This document shows, piece after piece, positions 16,158 through 20,890 of a DNA stretch of 20,890 bases. A model generated the notes under the pieces. That model saw only the letters and a list, made by a program, of their open reading frames with translations. It ran no database searches and was not told where the DNA came from. Positions within the stretch are counted from its first letter, which is position 1. Each line of letters starts with the position of its first letter. A program made the translations under genes and the position numbers. The stretch is from Pseudomonadota bacterium (GTDB lineage Bacteria; Bdellovibrionota; FAC87; UBA2466), in NCBI GenBank assembly GCA_043767805.1, contig JAYUGC010000185.1, positions 1-20,890 on the forward strand, given 5' to 3'.

Positions 16158-17164
16158 ACGCCATCTTGGAGCGCGTGCCTTTGCACGGTATCCCCAGTCT
16201 CGACGGGCTCGATTTCGAGTTTCCGCATCGCAAGATGATGCCGTTCGTCGTCGAGGGTTATCACTTGCCCGATCAAGATTTTCAAGCGAAAGACCTTCTG
16301 CCTAAAGGGATCGAGATCCGCACGCCGGTTTGCCGCTCCATTGACGAGTGCTTCGACGTGCAACGCCTGCTTCTCTCTCGCCTCACCCAAGAGTGTGGCA
16401 AGGAAGGGTACGGGCTACTCTCGCTGTCTCATCATCCCGATCACCATCATTTTTCTGGGCCGCAGAACAAACGCCGGCATGACTTCTGGCAATGGGCCAT
16501 GGAAGTGATGACGACGTACGGCCCCGACATCAACGTGGGCGTTCCCGACGAAATTTGGATCAAGCTCGATCAGGCGGATCTACTCGCCAAGATCAACTAC
16601 TACGGCCCCGCGCTGACCGCGCTCAGCGTGCGCTCGCCTTTTAGAAACGGCGAGCCCTGGCGCATCCGGGGGAAGGTGGGGAAATCCTTGCGGGTCTTTC
16701 GCCGCAGCGTCGTCGCGCCGCCCATCGAGGTCCACCCGCATGAGAACCGCCGGCTCGAGTTCAAGGTATTCGATATGACGTCTTCTTTCGCGGAGCTAGA
16801 AGGGTATTTTCTCCTCTTTCTGACCTTGCTCCTCGATCCGGCCTTGAAGGGCCGCGCGTCGCAGGCGACTCGCATTTATGATTCGGGCGCCGTCGCGGTC
16901 GAAGGTTTTCAGGCGGATACCGTCGTGGCGCGGCTCGGAGAGATCTTCGATTCCGCCGAGTTGACCCTTCCTAAATGGGGTTTCCCCGCTTGGGGGCTGG
17001 GGCCTCTCATCGAACGGTTTGACACTCGCCGGACTCCGGCCGACGATCTCCTGGATCGTTACCACGAACTAGGAGACTCGATGCCCGCTCTACTTCGCGA
17101 CATGAATCGAGAGCTCGAAATGTCGTGTCGAGAGCCGGCATCTCTTGTTTATGCCAGCGCTTGA
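15995..17164 (+). CDS. Glutamate-cysteine ligase family 2 (GCS2/YbdK-like) carboxylate-amine ligase; start uncertain
   Basis: FGLETEY (ExE metal motif), GIEIRTPV, SHHP, YGPDINVG, ALSVRSPF and RLEFKVFD line up with the GCS2 motif order. No ATG precedes the first motif; candidate starts are TTG 15995 and ATC 16040. Confidence 0.8.
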   Translation: MAFSPSLPETSEKKKIASPTALHEFRFGLETEYIVLDKAKGQALWHPDFSFERLNAILERVPLHGIPSLDGLDFEFPHRKMMPFVVEGYHLPDQDFQAKDLLPKGIEIRTPVCRSIDECFDVQRLLLSRLTQECGKEGYGLLSLSHHPDHHHFSGPQNKRRHDFWQWAMEVMTTYGPDINVGVPDEIWIKLDQADLLAKINYYGPALTALSVRSPFRNGEPWRIRGKVGKSLRVFRRSVVAPPIEVHPHENRRLEFKVFDMTSSFAELEGYFLLFLTLLLDPALKGRASQATRIYDSGAVAVEGFQADTVVARLGEIFDSAELTLPKWGFPAWGLGPLIERFDTRRTPADDLLDRYHELGDSMPALLRDMNRELEMSCREPASLVYASA

Positions 17165-17939
17165 GTGGAGAGACGTCGCCGTCGCTTGGGCTGCCATGGC
17201 GGTGCATCTGGTTGGCTGCGCCCGCCTTGACCGAGCCCTCGCGAAGGGTTGGTTTTGGGCGAGTCTGCGGGCGACGGCTCAGCTTTGCGCGTTAGGCTAC
17301 GTTCTCGCGTTTCTTTTTCGGAAGGACAGCTGGGCATGGACGTCACTCGCCATGCTCGGCATGATGGGCGTCTCCACCTGGACGGTCTTCGATCGCACCG
17401 AAGTGCGATACCCTGGCCTGATACGTGATTGTTTTCTCGCCTTGAGTGCCTCCTTGCTTTTCGGGATGGCTCCGCTCCTCTTCTTGTTTGGCGACTCCGA
17501 GTCGTTGCGAAAGACCGCGGTGGTGCTCCCCTTTCTAGGAATCCTCCTAGGGAATTCCCTCTCCGGCCTTTCCTTGGGGCTCGCGCAGTGGTTGAGAGAG
17601 CTGCGCCAGCGGCAGAACGAAGTGGAATTCTGGATTTCCCTGGGCGCGTCTCCCGCCCAGGGGTCTGCAAAGCTGAACCGCTCTGCGTTTCGGACCGCAA
17701 TGACGCCAATCCTAAATTCACTTGCCGTCGCCGGAGTCGTGAGCCTTCCGGGCATGATGACGGGACAACTGCTTGCGGGAGGAAGCCCGAATCAGGCGGT
17801 GCGGTATCAGTTGGTCGTGCTCTTTTTGATCTCGGGCGTGATTTTCAGCTCTCTTTGGCTGGCACTGCATTTAGGGCTTCGGCGCGCGTTCGATCCGTGG
17901 GGTGCGCTCCAGCTGCTTACAGAGCGTGAAAAAAAATGA
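17151..17939 (+). CDS. fetB: ABC transporter permease, FetB/YbbM (UPF0014, STAR2-like) family
   Basis: RATAQL...GYVL, GILLGNSL, SLGASP and GVVSLPGMMTGQLLAGGSPNQAVRYQ family motifs; ATG 17151 overlaps the ligase 3' end. Confidence 0.9.
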   Translation: MPALEWRDVAVAWAAMAVHLVGCARLDRALAKGWFWASLRATAQLCALGYVLAFLFRKDSWAWTSLAMLGMMGVSTWTVFDRTEVRYPGLIRDCFLALSASLLFGMAPLLFLFGDSESLRKTAVVLPFLGILLGNSLSGLSLGLAQWLRELRQRQNEVEFWISLGASPAQGSAKLNRSAFRTAMTPILNSLAVAGVVSLPGMMTGQLLAGGSPNQAVRYQLVVLFLISGVIFSSLWLALHLGLRRAFDPWGALQLLTEREKK

Positions 17940-18574
17940 CGCCCGCGTTACGTTTTTTCAACCCGCACGCGCGAATACCGGCGTGGACCTGCCTTCCAGG
18001 AGAGCGGTGGGTCTTGGTTGCGCCTACCGGCTGGGGAAAGAGTCAGTGGCTGAGACAACTCACTTTGCTACGAGACGCCTCCGAGTCCCGGGTCGAATGG
18101 AATGGTCGCGTGGTGGAAGCGCGCGACGCCGCCCAATACCGAAAACAATGGATTTTTTTGGCGCAGACTTCCTATCGCTCTTCGGACACGGTCGTGGCCC
18201 ACCTTAAAGAAGTGGCGGGGCTCCGCGGGTTGTCGGACGTCGATGCCTTCGTCTCCCACGTTCGACAGGCTCTCGGAGATCTCGGGCTTGGTGCGCTCGA
18301 TGAAAAGAAGCGAAGCCTACACGAGCTTTCCGGAGGAGAGCTTCAAGTGGTGTCGCTCTTGCGCACCGTGCTGCTTTCACCGGAGGGGATTTTTCTCGAC
18401 GAACCCACCTCCGCCATGGACGGGGCACTCAGACTAAGGACCGAAGCTTGGTTGCTTCAGCACTTCAGTGGACCGTTCCTTTGGGTTAGTCATGATGAGG
18501 AACAGGTTGGCCGCCTGCTTTCCACTGGCGCCCAACTGGTTCATCTTCCCTCTGCGGCGCCCCGCGTCGGATGA
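17936..18574 (+). CDS. ABC transporter ATP-binding subunit, FetA/YbbL-like
   Basis: Walker A APTGWGKS, signature LSGGE, Walker B IFLDEPTS, H-loop WVSHD; 212 aa; ATGA-coupled to the permease. Confidence 0.88.
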   Translation: MTPALRFFNPHARIPAWTCLPGERWVLVAPTGWGKSQWLRQLTLLRDASESRVEWNGRVVEARDAAQYRKQWIFLAQTSYRSSDTVVAHLKEVAGLRGLSDVDAFVSHVRQALGDLGLGALDEKKRSLHELSGGELQVVSLLRTVLLSPEGIFLDEPTSAMDGALRLRTEAWLLQHFSGPFLWVSHDEEQVGRLLSTGAQLVHLPSAAPRVG

Positions 18575-18616
18575 CGGGCCCAACTAAGACCTCGACGATA
18601 AAACCGCCGAACAGGG

Positions 18617-18625
18617 TGCTATAAT
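18617..18625 (+). promoter_or_regulatory. Extended -10 sigma70-type promoter for the prepilin cluster
   Basis: TG-C-TATAAT is a perfect TGnTATAAT in the 60-nt intergenic gap, 9 nt before ATG 18635. Confidence 0.65.
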
Positions 18626-18634
18626 CGACCCACG

Positions 18635-19117
18635 ATGAAGCCTGCGTTCGATAATCGGGGAGCGGGTCTGCTGCTTTTGGTTCTCATCTTATTGGGCCTT
18701 GGCCTGACGGCCGGGGTGGTGTCCGTGAGTATGCGACTGGCAATCGACGAACGCGCGACGGCCGAGACTCAAGTCAAGATGCGAGCCTTAGCTGAAGCTA
18801 TCTCCTCAACCAACTATATATCTGGGGCGCAGAAGGTCCGCCACTTTGAACAGGACGCGGGTCTACTTCCTTCTACGTTAAACGAGCTACTGAGTCGTCC
18901 GATCGCCATCGGGACGTGTTACATGACCACCGCAGCCCAGAATTTGGCTGGGTGGTGCGGCCCCTATTGGAGTTCGCAGTTCTCCGGAGAAGATCCCTTT
19001 TCGGATGGTTGGAACAATACGTTGATTCTGAGCACGGCCTCTCGTCACATTCGAAGTAAGGGGCCCAATGGCGTGGATAATAGCGGGGGTGGCGATGACA
19101 TCGTCCAAACCTACTAG
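18635..19117 (+). CDS. Prepilin-like protein with a GspG-like globular domain, lacking Glu+5
   Basis: MKPAFDNRG|AGLLLLVLILL leader plus hydrophobic helix; GWCGPY, DPFSDGW and IRSKGPNG...GGGDDI resemble the T2SS GspG C-terminal domain. Confidence 0.75.
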   Translation: MKPAFDNRGAGLLLLVLILLGLGLTAGVVSVSMRLAIDERATAETQVKMRALAEAISSTNYISGAQKVRHFEQDAGLLPSTLNELLSRPIAIGTCYMTTAAQNLAGWCGPYWSSQFSGEDPFSDGWNNTLILSTASRHIRSKGPNGVDNSGGGDDIVQTY

Positions 19118-20234
19118 GTTTCCTTCCGGCTGGACGCTCATCGAACTGATCGGGGTAATGCTGATAGTCGCCATTTTGGTAAAATTCGCGCGCGATTCTT
19201 TCGATAGTCAGCTGTCCGGTTCCAAATCCGAGATGACTCAGCAGCGTCTCGAGGCGATTAGAACTGGGATTCTGGGAGCAGACCTTTCCCAAACCACCGA
19301 GGGAGTGCGAGCGAACTTCGGCTTTATCGGCGATATTGGCCGCCTTCCCACGAGTTTGGGCGAGTTGTCCTCGCAAGGAGGTCTGCCTGCCTGGATCTAT
19401 TCGACCTCGTATGGCATTGGGGTAGGTTGGCGCGGCCCCTACGTCAGCGGGGGAGATTCGCTTTCTCTTTCGATTCAAAAAGATGGTTGGGGGCGGGCTA
19501 TTGTGTACTCGACGACTCTGCCCCAACCATTTCTCTCGAGTCTGGGTGCAGACGGTGCCGCTGGCGGTGCCGCCGCTAATACCGACCTGGTAGTTGAGAT
19601 GGCGACTTCACTTTGGCAAAGCCGTTTGTCGGGAAATCTTCGCGAAGGGGATGGGCTCGTATCTGGGGCGGTCGTAGCTCTGGATTACCCGGTAGCGGGA
19701 AGCCTTGCCTCAGTTCTTACTACTTCCGACTCCAATGGTTTTTTTCAATTTAATAGCATTCCCTTCGGAGTCCGTTCCCTCCGCGTGGTGTCTCCCACAG
19801 CATACGGTCCCGTTCCCATCGTCGTGCAGAGGGGAGAGATTCAAGTGCCCGATTCGGCGCTAAACTATCGCGGCGGATCTGAGTCGGTCGCCTACCAAGC
19901 CGGTTCGGTGAAGAACTATAATTCGGGCCTCTCGATTTTAGCCCACCTATCCAGCTCCTATAGCTTTCCGGTCCAGCTTGCCTCGATAAAAGTCACCTGG
20001 GTTGGCGGTGGAACGTTTTCGGCAGTGGCGTTGGACGGTATTTCTGAAACATTCTCTTCCGCAGTTTCTTCGGCCACGGACAAGGCAATCGGGGGCACCA
20101 TGATTTTGCCGGCAAAATCATCGGACAACAGTCTAGAGATCACTTTCAGCGGGGACATGACGGGCAAGCTCATTACGATCGTGCTTTCGTGGCTCAACCG
20201 AACTCGCACGGATACGGTGGCTTTCACTCCATGA
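19095..20234 (+). CDS. Large prepilin: GspG-like domain plus C-terminal beta-sandwich-like domains
   Basis: From ATG 19095: MTSSKPTRFPSG|WTLIELIGVMLIVAIL; GDIGRLP, GWRGPY, DGWGR, SLGADGAAGG..TDL; then LSGNL...TTSDSNGFFQFNSIPFGVRSLRV, which resembles a carboxypeptidase-regulatory-like fold. Confidence 0.8.
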   Translation: MTSSKPTRFPSGWTLIELIGVMLIVAILVKFARDSFDSQLSGSKSEMTQQRLEAIRTGILGADLSQTTEGVRANFGFIGDIGRLPTSLGELSSQGGLPAWIYSTSYGIGVGWRGPYVSGGDSLSLSIQKDGWGRAIVYSTTLPQPFLSSLGADGAAGGAAANTDLVVEMATSLWQSRLSGNLREGDGLVSGAVVALDYPVAGSLASVLTTSDSNGFFQFNSIPFGVRSLRVVSPTAYGPVPIVVQRGEIQVPDSALNYRGGSESVAYQAGSVKNYNSGLSILAHLSSSYSFPVQLASIKVTWVGGGTFSAVALDGISETFSSAVSSATDKAIGGTMILPAKSSDNSLEITFSGDMTGKLITIVLSWLNRTRTDTVAFTP

Positions 20235-20890
20235 AACGGCAAGTCGCGCAAAAAGGCTTTACGTTATTGGAGCTAGTCGTGGTGATAGTTTTAATGGCTA
20301 TCGTCTCAACGATGACCATGTCTTTCTTTACCGGAAGGTCCGACTTCGAACGTTGGGAGGAAACCCGGGCCAAGATGGAAGCCATTCGGGTGGGACTTTT
20401 GGGAGACAACTTGGGAGAAGCCGGGTTCGAGAGGAGCCGCTTCGGATATTTCGGCGACATGGGCCGAATGCCGACAAATTTTACCCTGCTTACCGCGGCA
20501 GAAACGCCTGTTTGGGTCTATCAAGGATCGAATGGGGTGGGGGCTGGTTGGAGAGGGCCCTACTTCAATAATAGATTTACCGGCTCTTATGCGATGGAAC
20601 TCGACGGATGGGGCCGGGCTTTTGTTTACTCAACCACTTCCTTGACGAGCTATGGATCGGACGGCGTGGCTGGAGGGGTGGCTCACGCCACCGATATTCT
20701 CATCTCGTTTCCCGGCGCGGAGAGGCTGGGTTCGGTGCAGGGACGACTTACCGATCGGGGGGAGCCGCTTGCGACGATTCCGGTGATATTGAAATACGCG
20801 TCTAATGGCTCGCTCATCGCTTCCACTTCTTTGACGGCTGCGGATGGAACTTTCAGTTTCTCCACCGTTCCCTATGGGGTGCGGGCTCTC
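20231..20890 (+). CDS. Large prepilin, paralog of the preceding gene; runs off the window (partial)
   Basis: Not in the ORF track; translated by hand. MKRQVAQKG|FTLLELVVVIVLMAIV...GYFGDMGRMP...GWRGPY...DGWGRAFVY...SYGSDGVAGG...TDI...VQGRL...TAADGTFSFSTVPYGVRAL. 220 codons with no stop; ATGA overlap with the upstream stop. Confidence 0.88.
   Translation, partial: MKRQVAQKGFTLLELVVVIVLMAIVSTMTMSFFTGRSDFERWEETRAKMEAIRVGLLGDNLGEAGFERSRFGYFGDMGRMPTNFTLLTAAETPVWVYQGSNGVGAGWRGPYFNNRFTGSYAMELDGWGRAFVYSTTSLTSYGSDGVAGGVAHATDILISFPGAERLGSVQGRLTDRGEPLATIPVILKYASNGSLIASTSLTAADGTFSFSTVPYGVRAL

Noticed and set aside
18585..18613. TAAG...GCCGAACA as a sigma28 promoter for the prepilin genes
   Set aside because: Spacing is 17 nt rather than about 15 and both elements are imperfect; the extended -10 at 18617-18625 is a better explanation.
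19068..19094. ORF-track start at 19068 for the second prepilin
   Set aside because: ATG 19095 gives a normal short, basic prepilin leader and a smaller overlap with the upstream gene.
1..20890. CRISPR arrays, tRNA/rRNA genes, IS elements
   Set aside because: No regularly spaced repeats, cloverleaf or rRNA-like sequence, or transposase ORFs were seen.

Overview
Bacterial chromosomal window, probably from a Bdellovibrionota/deltaproteobacterial-type organism (inferred from the gene order and the FliA/FliO style). It has four blocks. (1) 500-11080: a flagellar C-ring/export/regulation operon, fliL-M-N-O-P-Q-R-flhB-flhA-flhF-flhG-fliA, behind a consensus sigma54 promoter, with xerD overlapping the end of fliA. 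(2) 12020-14694: three unknown exported or membrane proteins. (3) 14875-18574: a strong Fur box followed by five tightly coupled genes: a predicted beta-rich outer-membrane protein, a small PepSY-TM protein, a divergent glutamate-cysteine-ligase (GCS2/YbdK-like) enzyme and a FetB/FetA-type ABC transporter. The PepSY/ligase junction is anomalous: an A8 run, a -1 frame overlap and no usable ATG. (4) 18635 to the window end: at least three tandem prepilin proteins with GspG-like domains, two of them fused to C-terminal beta-sandwich-like domains; the third is missing from the supplied ORF track. Blocks 3 and 4 are the best candidates for undescribed systems. All family calls come from motifs recognised by eye; no database searches were run.
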